Source: an uncultured delta proteobacterium (lineage in GTDB: Bacteria > Desulfobacterota > Binatia > HRBIN30 > BPIQ01). From it: a DNA stretch of 64,000 bases. Both the position numbers and the translations under genes were made by a program. This document shows positions 8,810 through 18,669 of this stretch, one piece after another. Under the pieces are notes generated by a model. The model ran no database searches. It was not told the DNA's origin and was given only the letters and a program-made list of their open reading frames with translations. Position 1 is the first letter of the stretch. Every line of letters starts with the position of its first letter. The DNA lies in the NCBI GenBank assembly GCA_963761335.1, contig CAVXGR010000012.1, positions 480,001 through 544,000 on the forward strand, in the 5' to 3' direction.

Positions 8810-11800
8810 CTACCACGTATCGACGCAGGGCCGCTTTTTTCCTCGCCGCGACTGCGGCGGCGGCAGGGATCGCAACAGAGAGACTACCCATTGCCGCGAG
8901 TCGGCCGGGTCGATGACGTCGTCGATCTCGAAGTGGCTGGCGCTGTTGAGCGCCTTGCCGTGCTCGTAGGCGCGCTCCACCATGTGCTCGAAGAGCTGGC
9001 GGCGCTGTAGCGGATCCTCCACCGCCTCGAGCTCCTTGCGGAAGCCGAGCTTCACGGCGCCCTCGAGACCCATGCCCCCGAACTCACCGGTGGGCCAGGA
9101 GACGGTGAACAGCGGCGCCTTGTGACTGCCGCCGCCCATCGCCTGCGCTCCGAGCCCGTACGACTTGCGCAGCACGATGGTGAAGAAGGGCACGCTCAGG
9201 TTGGCGCCGTTGACGAACATGCGGCAGCAGTGGCGCACCAGTGCCGTCCTCTCCGCCTCCGGGCCGACCATGATCCCGGGGGTGTCGCAGAGGAAGAGGA
9301 TGGGAATGTCGAAGGCGTCGCAGAGCTGCATGAAGCGGCTGGCCTTGTCGGCGGCGGCGGCATCGATGGCGCCGGAGAGGTGCTTCGGATTGTTGGCGAT
9401 CACGCCGAGCGGCCGGCCCTCGAGGCGGATGAAAGCGGTCACCATCCCCAGACCGAAGTGACGGCGCAGCTCCAGCATCGAGCCGCTGTCCGCGAGCGTC
9501 TCGATCACCGAGCCTATCTCGTACACACGCAGCCGCTTCTCCGGAATGATGCCGCGCAGCCGCCGCTGGTCGGCGCACTCCCAGAAGGCGATCGGCCCCT
9601 GGAAGTAGGACAGGTACTGCTTGGCGACACGCACCGCCGCGACCTCGTCGGCGACGGCGATGTCGACCACGCCGTTCGGCACCTGCACGTCCATCGGGCC
9701 GACGTCCTCCGGCCGGAAGACGCCGAGCCCGCCGCCCTCGATCATCGCCGGACCGCCCATGCCGATATTGGAGTTCTCGGTGGCGATCACCACGTCGCAG
9801 CAGCCGAGCAACGCCGCGTTGCCGGCAAAGCAGCGGCCCGAGTTGATTCCCACCAGCGGCACCAGACCGCTCAGCCGTCCGAAGAGATGAAAGGCCATGC
9901 AGTCGAGGCCGGCCACGCCGGGCGCATCGGTGTCGCCGGGACGCCCGCCGCCGCCCTCGGTGAAGAAGATCACCGGAGCGCGCAGCCGCTCGGCGAGCTC
10001 GAACATGCGGTCTTTCTTGCGGTGGTTCTGAAACCCCTGCGTCCCGGCGAGAACCGTGTAGTCGTACGACATCACCACGCAGCGGGCACCGGGCTCGTCG
10101 AAGAGATCGCCATTGACGCTGCCGACGCCGGCGACCAGCCCATCGGCCGGGGTGCGCTGGATCAGATCCTCGACGGAGCGCCGCTGCCGCTGCGCCGCGA
10201 TCGCCAGGCTGCCGTACTCGACGAAGCTGCCCGGGTCGCAGAGATCGGCGACGTTTTCCCGCGCCGTGCGCTGCCCCGTCCTGCGGCGGCGGGCCACCGC
10301 CTCGGGGCGCTCGGCGTCGCCGGTGAGCGCATGGCGACGGCGCACCTCTTCGAGATCGGCGCGGGCGGCGTCGAGATCGAGGGGCGCCGCTGTCGATACG
10401 TCCTCCTCCGGTGCTTCGCCGAGCTGAATGACCACCAGCACCTGCCCCTCCGGCACCGTATCACCCTGCGCCACTACCAGATGGCGCACCACGCCGCTCG
10501 CCGGTGCGTGCACGACGTGCTCCATCTTCATGGCGTTCATCACCAGCAGCGCCTGGCCCTGGCGGACCGTCTCGCCCTCGGCGATGTCGATGCTGACGAT
10601 CGTCCCCTGCATGGACGAGTGCACCGCCACTGCGTCCTCGAGGCCCGCCAGATCCAGCCCCGGAGCGACCTGCGGCCGCGCCTCGGGCGGGGCGGACGAC
10701 GGCCCCCTCCCCTCACCTTTCCCATAGGCGAGCACCGCCAGCGGATCGGTCGCATCGACAGTCGCGCCGGTGCGCGCGGCGGCCGGGACCTCGGCGACCG
10801 CCGCCGCCAGCTCGGCGGCGTGCTCCTCGACGAAGGCCGTGTGAATGCGATTGGCCGTGAAGTCCGGCTGCTCCAGCAGGCGCGTCAGAAACGGCGCATT
10901 GGTCGCCACGCCGTCCACCCGCAGCTCGGCGAGCGCCCGTCGCGCTCGAGCCACGGCATCCGCAAAGCTCGGGGAGCTCGAGTGCGCCACCAGCTTGATG
11001 AGCAGCGCATCGAAGTGGGGGTTGGTCTGGTAGCCGGGATGAGCAGCGGTATCGACGCGCACCCCCGGACCGCTGGGCAGCCGCAGTGCGCCGATCCTCC
11101 CGCTGGCGGGCCGCGGCGCGCCGTCGGCGCCGAAGGTCTCGGCGTTGATTCGCAGCTGAATCGCGAAGCCGCGCGGCGCCGGCATGCGTGCCGGCTCGAG
11201 GCCGACGGCAGCCAGTGAAGCGCCGGAGGCGAGCTCCAGCTGAACGCGCACCAGGTCGACGCCGGTCACCTCCTCGGTGACGGTGTGCTCGACCTGCAGC
11301 CGGGGGTTCGCCTCGATGAAGGCGTACGCCGGCATCGCCGCTCCGCCTTGCCCCCACGGGCCGTGCGTGTCGATCGCCTCGGCGTCGACGAGAAACTCGA
11401 ATGTTCCGACATTGCGATAGCCGATCTCCTCCGCCATGCGCACCGCGTGGGCCGTGAGCCGCGCCCGCAGCTCGGGAGACAGGCTCGGGCAGGGCGCGAT
11501 CTCCACGAGCTTCTGATGGCGCCGCTGTAGGCTGCACTCGCGTTCGCCGAGGTGGACGACGGCGCCGGAACCGTCGCCGACGATCTGCACCTCGACGTGC
11601 CGCGCCCGCGGCATGAGCTGCTCGACGTAGAGGTCGCCGTTGCCGAATGCCTGCATCGCCTCGGAGCGACAGCGGGCGTAGGCATCGGCGATCTCGCCGG
11701 CTCGATGCACGACGCGCATGCCCCGTCCGCCGCCGCCGGCGACAGCCTTGATGGCAACGGCGGCGTCCTCGTCGAGCGAGGACAGAAACTCGATGGCCTC

Positions 11801-12217
11801 CTCGATGGTCACCGCTGCGGCGGAGCCGCGCAGCACGGGGACGCCGCAGCGTTCCGCCAGCGCCCGCGCCCGCGTCTTGTCACCGAGGATCTCCAGGGTC
11901 TCGGGTCGCGGGCCGACGAAGGCGATCCCCTCGGCCTCCACCCGGCGCGCCAGCGCGGCGCTCTCGCTGAGAAAGCCGTAGCCGGGATGCAGCGCGTCGC
12001 AGCCGCAGCTCCTGGCGGCGCCGAGCAGCTGCTCGGCATCGAGATAGGCCGCCGCGCCGGTGCCGCGCAGCGGCCGCGCCTCGCCAGCGAGGTGGGCGTG
12101 CAGCGCCCCAGCATCGTCCTCCGAATAGACTGCCACGCTGCGCATCCCGAGCTCGGCCGCACCCCGCATGATGCGCACGGCGATCTCTCCGCGGTTGGCG
12201 ACGAGAAGCTTCTTCAT
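8810..12217 (-). CDS. Single-chain biotin-dependent acyl-CoA carboxylase (BC-BCCP-CT)
   Basis: KLLVANRGEIA, HPGYGFLSE, RECSLQRRHQK, NPRLQVEH, biotin site AMKME, C-terminal carboxyltransferase domain. Confidence 0.93.
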   Translation of the reverse strand: MKKLLVANRGEIAVRIMRGAAELGMRSVAVYSEDDAGALHAHLAGEARPLRGTGAAAYLDAEQLLGAARSCGCDALHPGYGFLSESAALARRVEAEGIAFVGPRPETLEILGDKTRARALAERCGVPVLRGSAAAVTIEEAIEFLSSLDEDAAVAIKAVAGGGGRGMRVVHRAGEIADAYARCRSEAMQAFGNGDLYVEQLMPRARHVEVQIVGDGSGAVVHLGERECSLQRRHQKLVEIAPCPSLSPELRARLTAHAVRMAEEIGYRNVGTFEFLVDAEAIDTHGPWGQGGAAMPAYAFIEANPRLQVEHTVTEEVTGVDLVRVQLELASGASLAAVGLEPARMPAPRGFAIQLRINAETFGADGAPRPASGRIGALRLPSGPGVRVDTAAHPGYQTNPHFDALLIKLVAHSSSPSFADAVARARRALAELRVDGVATNAPFLTRLLEQPDFTANRIHTAFVEEHAAELAAAVAEVPAAARTGATVDATDPLAVLAYGKGEGRGPSSAPPEARPQVAPGLDLAGLEDAVAVHSSMQGTIVSIDIAEGETVRQGQALLVMNAMKMEHVVHAPASGVVRHLVVAQGDTVPEGQVLVVIQLGEAPEEDVSTAAPLDLDAARADLEEVRRRHALTGDAERPEAVARRRRTGQRTARENVADLCDPGSFVEYGSLAIAAQRQRRSVEDLIQRTPADGLVAGVGSVNGDLFDEPGARCVVMSYDYTVLAGTQGFQNHRKKDRMFELAERLRAPVIFFTEGGGGRPGDTDAPGVAGLDCMAFHLFGRLSGLVPLVGINSGRCFAGNAALLGCCDVVIATENSNIGMGGPAMIEGGGLGVFRPEDVGPMDVQVPNGVVDIAVADEVAAVRVAKQYLSYFQGPIAFWECADQRRLRGIIPEKRLRVYEIGSVIETLADSGSMLELRRHFGLGMVTAFIRLEGRPLGVIANNPKHLSGAIDAAAADKASRFMQLCDAFDIPILFLCDTPGIMVGPEAERTALVRHCCRMFVNGANLSVPFFTIVLRKSYGLGAQAMGGGSHKAPLFTVSWPTGEFGGMGLEGAVKLGFRKELEAVEDPLQRRQLFEHMVERAYEHGKALNSASHFEIDDVIDPADSRQWVVSLLRSLPPPQSRRGKKRPCVDTW

Positions 12218-12330
12218 GCGCCTTCTGCTCGCACAAACGGGGCGCTCAGGAAAGCGGGCGCGGCCGCTGGCACTGTCCTAGTTTGCCGATCCGACTACGC
12301 AATTATCTCCCGCCCGCCTCGCGCAAGGGT

Positions 12331-12469
12331 CTCCTCTCCCCGCATTCTTTTGGCGGGGAGAGGATCAAGGTGAGGGGCTTCTTTCACTGAAAGTTCGCGA
12401 TTTCTGCGGCGTTCAAGAAGATCGGAACCCTCACCCCGTCCCTCTCCCGCGAAACAATGCGGGAGAGGG
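12331..12469. repeat. Inverted pair of REP-like GC-rich palindromes
   Basis: ctcctctccccgc..gcggggagaggatcaaggtgagggg (12331-12377) opposite ccctcaccccgtccctctcccgc..gcgggagaggg (12428-12469). Confidence 0.75.
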
Positions 12470-12647
12470 CTGTGCATTCCCCAAAATTGGACAGCACTCG
12501 GCCGCTCGCGCCAGAGGGGACGGTGCGTCATGAGCCTGCGGCGCAGCTGCAGACGAACGAAAATCGAGCGGACCCGTAGCGGCAGGGCTTGCCCGGCCCG
12601 GCATCGCCAAGCGGGCTACCCCGCCACGCGGGAGGTTGTGCGTCTTC

Positions 12648-13283
12648 TCAAATCCATCCCAACACGCCGATGAACAGGAGGAGGCAGGCGGCGTCGAATG
12701 CGTAGATTGCCCCGACGGCGGTCACTTTCTGCCGAACCGTCGGCATGTCGTGCACCCAGAAGGCGACCACGAAGAAGATCAGGTAGCCGAAGAGGAAGAT
12801 CAGCCACGGTGTGCGCACGTTCCACCACCAGTAGTCCCAGGTGAGTTGGCCGGCCGCATTCAACACCAGCTCCACGACCACCGCGAGAATCGCCGCCAGC
12901 ACCGCGAACAGCCAACGGTTCGGCACGCCGAAGATCTTTCGGTGTCTGTCGGCCGGCAACGTCTTCGCAACTACGATCCCCATGATCGCGAACATGAAGC
13001 AGATCTCGATGTTGAGGCCGATCAGGATGAGATACGACGTCCGCCCCGGCGCGCCCCACACCGGGGCATGCTGCGTGAAGTGAAAGACCAGAGCGTTCCA
13101 GATCTCGTTGAACCAGTCCATGCCCCACAGGGCCAGGCCGGCGAAGACCACGTCCCAGTTCCGCCGCTCGATCTCGTTGGCGTACACGTACAAAACGAGC
13201 AGCAGGAACGGGATGACGTACCACTGAAACTGTCCGCCGTCGCGAAGGATCGCGAGCGCCCGGCTCGCTGCATCTGTCGGCAT
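12648..13283 (-). CDS. Integral membrane protein, hypothetical
   Basis: Multiple Trp/Phe-rich hydrophobic helices from ATG 13283 (MPTDAASRAL). Confidence 0.75.
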   Translation of the reverse strand: MPTDAASRALAILRDGGQFQWYVIPFLLLVLYVYANEIERRNWDVVFAGLALWGMDWFNEIWNALVFHFTQHAPVWGAPGRTSYLILIGLNIEICFMFAIMGIVVAKTLPADRHRKIFGVPNRWLFAVLAAILAVVVELVLNAAGQLTWDYWWWNVRTPWLIFLFGYLIFFVVAFWVHDMPTVRQKVTAVGAIYAFDAACLLLFIGVLGWI

Positions 13284-13432
13284 GTTCACCTCGGCCTCCG
13301 GCCTATCCCATATTGCATATCGCCAGAGGAGTAGCGATACGCCGTCAGCGATGCGCTGCCTCGACTTCTTGCCGGCAGTCCGCCGCCGCTGCCTTGCGCT
13401 CCGCCGGGCAATCTCGGCATCCTGAGATCGCC

Positions 13433-14395
13433 ATGGGCGGCTTTGATCTGGGGCGTGCGCGCCTGGCGCTTTCCCGGCATCCACGCCTGTACCGGCGGCT
13501 GCGGGAAGCGCGCTGGGCGGCCTGGCGCCTGCGCGCCGGCTCGACCCCGGGCCTCTCCTTCGATTCCGAGGGCGTCCTCTGCACCAGTCCCGAGCGCCTC
13601 CGGCCGCGGGGGGCACGGCGCCGTCCCTGCGGCGACGACGACGAGATCACCGTGCGCATCGGCCGCAATGGAGAGCTCCTGCTGGAAACCGGACAGCGAC
13701 GGCTCGAGCTCGCCAAGCGACAAGGCGCGCCGCAGATCGCCTTCAAGGTGAGCGGTCGCCATCGGCAATGGGTGCGGCTCCGCCGCCAGCTTCTCGTCTA
13801 CGCCGGGGAGAACGGCGGCCGGCTCTATCAGCCGATCACCCATCCCGACCTCTGCGATCTGTCCTCGCATCACGGCGAACGGCGGTGGGCGCTGATCGAA
13901 GCGAGCCTGCCGATCGGCGGAGGAAGCGTTTTGGACGTCGGCGCCAACCTGGGCTACTTCTGCCACAAGCTGGAGACGCGGGGATTCGCTTGCTGGGCGG
14001 TCGAGGACAGCCTGCAGGTCGGCTATTTTCTCGAGCGCTTGCGCCGCGCCGAAGGACGCCGCTTCCGGACGTTCATCGGCTCGATCTTCGACTTTCACGA
14101 GCGCAAGGAGTTCGACCTGCTTCTGGCCCTGAACGTCTTTCACCACTTCCTCAAGACGCGGGAGGACCACGACGCCCTGATGCACCTGCTGCGGCGCCTG
14201 AACATCGAGCATCTCTATCTGGAGACGCATCACCCAGACGAGCCACAGATGGCCGGCGCCTACCGCAACTACCCGCCGGATGAGTATGTCCGCTTCGTGC
14301 TGGAGCACGCCGGGCTGATGGCGGCGCGCTTCATCGGCGAGACCGACGCAGGCCGCCGGCTGTACCTTCTCTCGCGACAGGCCGTACCAAGCTAG
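13433..14395 (+). CDS. Class I SAM-dependent methyltransferase
   Basis: VLDVGANLGYF and FDLLLALNVFHHF motifs; start uncertain. Confidence 0.8.
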   Translation: MGGFDLGRARLALSRHPRLYRRLREARWAAWRLRAGSTPGLSFDSEGVLCTSPERLRPRGARRRPCGDDDEITVRIGRNGELLLETGQRRLELAKRQGAPQIAFKVSGRHRQWVRLRRQLLVYAGENGGRLYQPITHPDLCDLSSHHGERRWALIEASLPIGGGSVLDVGANLGYFCHKLETRGFACWAVEDSLQVGYFLERLRRAEGRRFRTFIGSIFDFHERKEFDLLLALNVFHHFLKTREDHDALMHLLRRLNIEHLYLETHHPDEPQMAGAYRNYPPDEYVRFVLEHAGLMAARFIGETDAGRRLYLLSRQAVPS

Positions 14396-14576
14396 CCCGC
14401 ATTTCTCACCAGCTTTCGTCGCGAGACCGCGGAGAGGCCCGCAGATCAAGGCCGCACGGACTGAGGCCGACGCAGGCATAGTCGTGCACTATGTCGAGGA
14501 GGCCGGAGGGAGTACGGCCTTGAGATGTGGGCCTATCGGCGGTCGCAGCAGAAAGTTGGTGAGAAATGCGGGCTAG
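14392..14576. mobile_element. MITE-like element with terminal inverted repeats bounded by CTAG
   Basis: ctagcccgcatttctcaccagctttc (14392-14417) vs gaaagttggtgagaaatgcgggctag (14551-14576): 25/26 complementary; no transposase inside. Confidence 0.75.
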
Positions 14577-15125
14577 AGATCGATCCCAGAGGTGGCCGGG
14601 GGGAGGGGGTGGCAGCGGCCGTGCTCCGCTGCCACCCCGCGTTAATCGATTGCGGGATCTGCGTATCCCGCGCTTTCGCAAAGAGATCAGTGCACCGTGC
14701 GTGCCAATCTGTCGAAACGTCCGCAAGGCCGGACAGCATTGGATCTGGAGCCGCCGTGCTCCGCAGCGGTCGCGCTACGCAAGAGAGTGAATCGGGAGAT
14801 AGCGACGAGAAGGTGGCGTGATTCTCTGGAAGCAATCGCTTCCACCGCTGGCGCCTGGGTCTTCCGCATGCACGTGATCAGCGCCAGCGCATGTCATGAC
14901 CCGTACGTGCCCGCCGGCACCCGCTCGAGCAATTTTTTCTCATCCTTGCGGAAGCCGGCGGCGAGCCGCATCCGGCAAGGTAGGCGGTGCAAGGCGACCT
15001 TCCCTGGCAAGTCATATGCTGCCCGACATGGCCGGAGGGACTGAGATACGAAACGCTCACTGACGCCTGCCGATCTCGCGCATCCCGACCTCGTCGCCGG
15101 CGCTCTGAGCAGCCTCCTGCGCTGG

Positions 15126-16088
15126 GTGATGCATCCGGTGCGCAACACCCTGGACGACCTCGCCGTCTACGAGGGACGGCCAGTGGAAGAGCTTTTTCCG
15201 CCCCCCAAGCGCGTGCCGGATATGAGCGTGAGCGAGCGCTGGCGGCTCCCCGGTCTGATCAGCGAGGACATCCGCTTCCGCTCCCTCTACGTCCCACTCG
15301 AGCCCAAGTTTCGCCGGCGCTACCGGGAGCACTACCGCGAAGCGCACGACGTATGCGCGCGGCGGATCCGCCCGGCGGCGGCGCGCCGGCGCCCTCGCCT
15401 TCTGTACCTGCATGGGTACATGCAACCGGAAACCTATATCGAGGAGCTGGCGCTGCTGGCGACGATGGCGCTGCAGCTGAACGTGGAGGTCATCCAGATG
15501 CAGTTCCCCTACCACGGGCGCCGCACGCCGCGCGGCTCGTTCTTCAGCGGGGAGCTGTACTGGACGGCCGACCTGGTGCGCAGCTTCGAGGCCCTGCGCC
15601 AGACACTGCTCGACGCGCGCACCCTCTTGAGCTGCCTCCTCCGAGACGACGACCGCCCCGTGGGGATCTCGGGACTCAGCCTCGGCGGAGCGCTGGCGCT
15701 ATGCCTCACCTGCCTGGAAGGGAACTTCGCGTTCTCGGTGCCGCTGATCGCGCACATGGACCTGGAGGCCCTGGTCGCCGACGCGCCGGTTCTCGGCGGC
15801 ATGCGGCGCGATCTTCGCTCTTTCGGCTGGGGGCGCCAGGAGTTCGGCAAATTCGTCGCTGCCGTAGGCTGGCACGAGCTGCGTCCCAAGCTGCCCGCGG
15901 AGCGGATTCTGCTGATCGCCGCCTCGAACGACCGCTTCTTCGATCCGCGCCTGGTCGAGCGCCTGTGGAAGAGCTGGGGCAAGCCGGCGATCCGCTGGTA
16001 CCCCACCAGTCACATGGGCTTCATCGCGCACCTCCCGGAGGCACTGCGCCTGATGCGCCAGTTCATCGACCGACAGGCCGCCGAATGA
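15126..16088 (+). CDS. Alpha/beta hydrolase
   Basis: YLHGY, nucleophile GLSLGG, downstream Asp (NDRFF) and His (TSHMG). Confidence 0.82.
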   Translation: MMHPVRNTLDDLAVYEGRPVEELFPPPKRVPDMSVSERWRLPGLISEDIRFRSLYVPLEPKFRRRYREHYREAHDVCARRIRPAAARRRPRLLYLHGYMQPETYIEELALLATMALQLNVEVIQMQFPYHGRRTPRGSFFSGELYWTADLVRSFEALRQTLLDARTLLSCLLRDDDRPVGISGLSLGGALALCLTCLEGNFAFSVPLIAHMDLEALVADAPVLGGMRRDLRSFGWGRQEFGKFVAAVGWHELRPKLPAERILLIAASNDRFFDPRLVERLWKSWGKPAIRWYPTSHMGFIAHLPEALRLMRQFIDRQAAE

Positions 16089-16413
16089 AGCTCCCGTTTC
16101 CCGTTGCCTTCGCCTTCGGGAGCGGTGGCATCGACGACCTCGTTCGGGTCACCGAGCCGCGCATCGGCGCTCGGCTATGTCCCCGGCGACGCGCAGACCG
16201 ATGTCTCGTTGCTCTCCGTCCGATTCTCGTGCTGCCAAACGGGACAGTTCATACGCCCATCTCGAGCACGAGTCGGGCAGCTCGGCCGCCCGCACCCATC
16301 AGCGTGAGCGCTTCGTGCGCGCGCCGGAGATACGTTTCGCACTGCCCCGCCCGGCGTGCTTGCGAAGTCGTTCCGGAATGGATAGGGGGAGTGGAGATTC
16401 GGGCGCAACGCGC

Positions 16414-16674
16414 ATGGGGCACACGATCGACCGCAATCGGATCACCTGGGACGAGATCGATGGGGAGACCCTCATCATCGATACCGAGAGCGGCTACTAT
16501 TTCTCGCTCGACGGCGTCGGCAGTATCGTCTGGAGCATGCTGACGGCAGGCGCCGGCGAGGACGCCATCGTCGACAGGATCATCGCTGAGTACGACGTCG
16601 ATGGGTCGACGGTGCGAGAGGACGTGTACTCACTCGTCCAATCGTTGCAACGCGAGCAGCTGGTCGGTCGGTGA
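16414..16674 (+). CDS. PqqD-family RiPP recognition element (stand-alone RRE)
   Basis: 86 aa: WDEIDGETLIIDTESGYYFSLDGVGSIVWSML...IIAEYDVD...VREDVYSLVQSLQREQLV. Confidence 0.9.
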   Translation: MGHTIDRNRITWDEIDGETLIIDTESGYYFSLDGVGSIVWSMLTAGAGEDAIVDRIIAEYDVDGSTVREDVYSLVQSLQREQLVGR

Positions 16675-16693
16675 ACGAAGGAGGAGCTGTCTG

Positions 16694-16849
16694 ATGAAGA
16701 AGCCGACGATGAATCGCGACGGAAATGCTGAGCGCGACACCCCTCAGAGCGACACGGCGCACCCGCTCACGATGCCGAAGAAGGTCTATCAGAAACCGGT
16801 GCTGTCGAAACACGAGCAACTGCACGGCATCGGGCTCGGCTCGCCCTGA
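16694..16849 (+). CDS. Putative RiPP precursor peptide (51 aa)
   Basis: MKKPTMNRDGNAERDTPQSDTAHPLTMPKKVYQKPVLSKHEQLHGIGLGSP; YxxPxL motif; AAGGAGG upstream; sits between two RRE-encoding genes. Confidence 0.8.
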   Translation: MKKPTMNRDGNAERDTPQSDTAHPLTMPKKVYQKPVLSKHEQLHGIGLGSP

Positions 16850-16917
16850 GCCCATCGCGTCCGCTTCGCTCCGCCTCGGCAACCCGGGCGGAGGTCCACA
16901 ACCTGCCGATCGGTACG

Positions 16918-18087
16918 GTGCCGATAAGCATCGTCATTGCGGTCCACCCCGGTCATCACCGCACCTCGTTCCTCGGACGTTGCCTGCAGGCGGTGGTGGA
17001 GCAGGTGAATCCGCCGCAGTGCCTCGAAGTGATCCTGGTCGGCGACGGCGTGCAACTCGACCCGTCGCTGGTGCCGGACGGCCTGGCGGCCCGCCGACAT
17101 TCGTTCTCCACCCCGGTCGGCGCCAGCGCGGCGCGCAATCAGGGGCTGCGCATGGCAACCGGCGAATGGGTGGCGTTTCTCGATGCCGACTGTTGGCCGC
17201 GACCGGACTGGCTGGAACGTCTGTACGCCGGTCTGGTTCGCGAAGGCGCCGCCGGCTGCGGCGGCAAGACCCTGCAGTCTCACGATCAACGCGCCCACGA
17301 CGATCGGCTGTCCGGGACCCGCGCCGTGTTGCCGTGCGCCGTGCTGAACAACGTGCTCTTCCGGCGCTCCGTGCTGGACGAGATCGGCGGCTTCGATGAG
17401 CGCCTGGTCGTCTACGCGGAAGAGCCCGACCTGTGCTGGCGGATTTGCCTGAAGGGGCATCGGATCGCCTTCGCGCCCGACGCGATCGTCGAGCACCAGA
17501 CCCACAAGACGACGCGCAAGTTCGTCTTCTACGGGCGGGCACTGCGGCAGCTGGAGTGCAAGTTCGGGCCGCTGCTCGATTTCTCCCGCCGCGAGGAGCT
17601 GCGCTGGATCGCCGAGTCGTATCGGCGCGCGCATGCCGGTGATGGCCCGCTGAGCCTGGCCCAGCGCGCCCGGATGTTGGCCATCGGTTGGGGATACGCT
17701 GGGCGCTGGGCGGCCGACCGGCTCGGGCGTCCGCCCCGGGTGCAAGCGCTGGACCTGTCCGAGCGCACGCTGCAGCAGCAGCATCTGATCCCGGCACTGG
17801 CCGTGGCGGTCGAGGGCCACAAGGTGACCAGACCCAATCACGTGCTCTGGTGGAAGGTAGAGGGTGGATGCTCCGTCCTCGACCTGGCGCATCGGACGCG
17901 CTTCGCGCTCACCGGTGCCGCCGCCGATATCTGGGTCGGCGTGATGAGCGGCCTCGGGGCGGACGAGCTGCGCGGACGACTGGCCGCCGACTTCGAGGTT
18001 CGCCCGGAGACGCTGGCCGCGGACATCGACGAGTTCCTGGGGGCGATGCTGCGCCAGGGCCTGCTGGCGCGCGCGGAGAGCGCATGA
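16918..18087 (+). CDS. Family 2 glycosyltransferase fused to C-terminal PqqD/RRE domain
   Basis: GASAARNQGL, FLDADC, GGFDERL..EEPDLCWR; C-terminal VLDLAHRTRFALTGAAADIW...LAADFEV...LAADIDEFLGAMLRQGLL. Confidence 0.85.
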   Translation: MPISIVIAVHPGHHRTSFLGRCLQAVVEQVNPPQCLEVILVGDGVQLDPSLVPDGLAARRHSFSTPVGASAARNQGLRMATGEWVAFLDADCWPRPDWLERLYAGLVREGAAGCGGKTLQSHDQRAHDDRLSGTRAVLPCAVLNNVLFRRSVLDEIGGFDERLVVYAEEPDLCWRICLKGHRIAFAPDAIVEHQTHKTTRKFVFYGRALRQLECKFGPLLDFSRREELRWIAESYRRAHAGDGPLSLAQRARMLAIGWGYAGRWAADRLGRPPRVQALDLSERTLQQQHLIPALAVAVEGHKVTRPNHVLWWKVEGGCSVLDLAHRTRFALTGAAADIWVGVMSGLGADELRGRLAADFEVRPETLAADIDEFLGAMLRQGLLARAESA

Positions 18088-18659
18088 CCACCGAGTCGCG
18101 AGGCGCCGCCGCCCGGCGGCTGCGCGACACCTTCGCAGCGCACAAAGGAGAGAGCTGGCTGCGCTTTCAGGGCCGTAGCATGCTGCCGATGCTGCGCGAT
18201 GGCGATCTGCTGCGGGTTCGCCATGGCCCGCCATCCGCGATCGGCTGCGGCGCCATCGTGGTGTTCAACGACGGCGACTCGACCATCGTGCACCGCTTGC
18301 TCTATCGCCGGGGACGCGGAGCGGTTCTGGTGACCAAGGGGGACAATGCGTGGCGGATCGATCGGCCGCTCGGTCCCGAGCAGGTGATCGGCGCCGTATG
18401 CGAGATCCGGCGCGGTGCGCACCGCATTCCAGTCGACCGCGGTGAGTGGGGGCGGGTATCGCGCGGCATCGCGCTGGCGTCGATGCTCGAGGGGCTCGCG
18501 TACGCGGGCGCGGTTGCCATCCGCCGGCGGTGCCTTCCGCACCCCCTGGTCGGTCGCCTCGGCGAAGCGCGCCTTCTGGCGGCCGCCGGACGGTGCCGGC
18601 GCGCCATCCTCGATCGGGTGTTGCGCGTCACGGGCGCGACCGGCGCGGCCGCGGAATGA
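18084..18659 (+). CDS. S24/S26-family peptidase
   Basis: GRSMLPMLRDGD, IVHRL, TKGDNA...D..VIGAV; ATGA coupling with upstream gene. Confidence 0.85.
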   Translation: MTTESRGAAARRLRDTFAAHKGESWLRFQGRSMLPMLRDGDLLRVRHGPPSAIGCGAIVVFNDGDSTIVHRLLYRRGRGAVLVTKGDNAWRIDRPLGPEQVIGAVCEIRRGAHRIPVDRGEWGRVSRGIALASMLEGLAYAGAVAIRRRCLPHPLVGRLGEARLLAAAGRCRRAILDRVLRVTGATGAAAE

Positions 18660-18669
18660 GCCGTAGACC

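Noticed and set aside
9122..11218. Long alternative-frame ORFs (here and e.g. 3972-5501, 52304-54151, 59294-60862)
   Set aside because: High-GC shadow frames overlapping well-supported genes.
16414..16674. PQQ biosynthesis (pqqD)
   Set aside because: No pqqB/C/E nearby and the peptide lacks the ExxxY core.
16694..16849. Canonical lasso peptide
   Set aside because: No ring-forming Asp/Glu, no Thr at -2, and no cyclase or B2 protease seen in the window.
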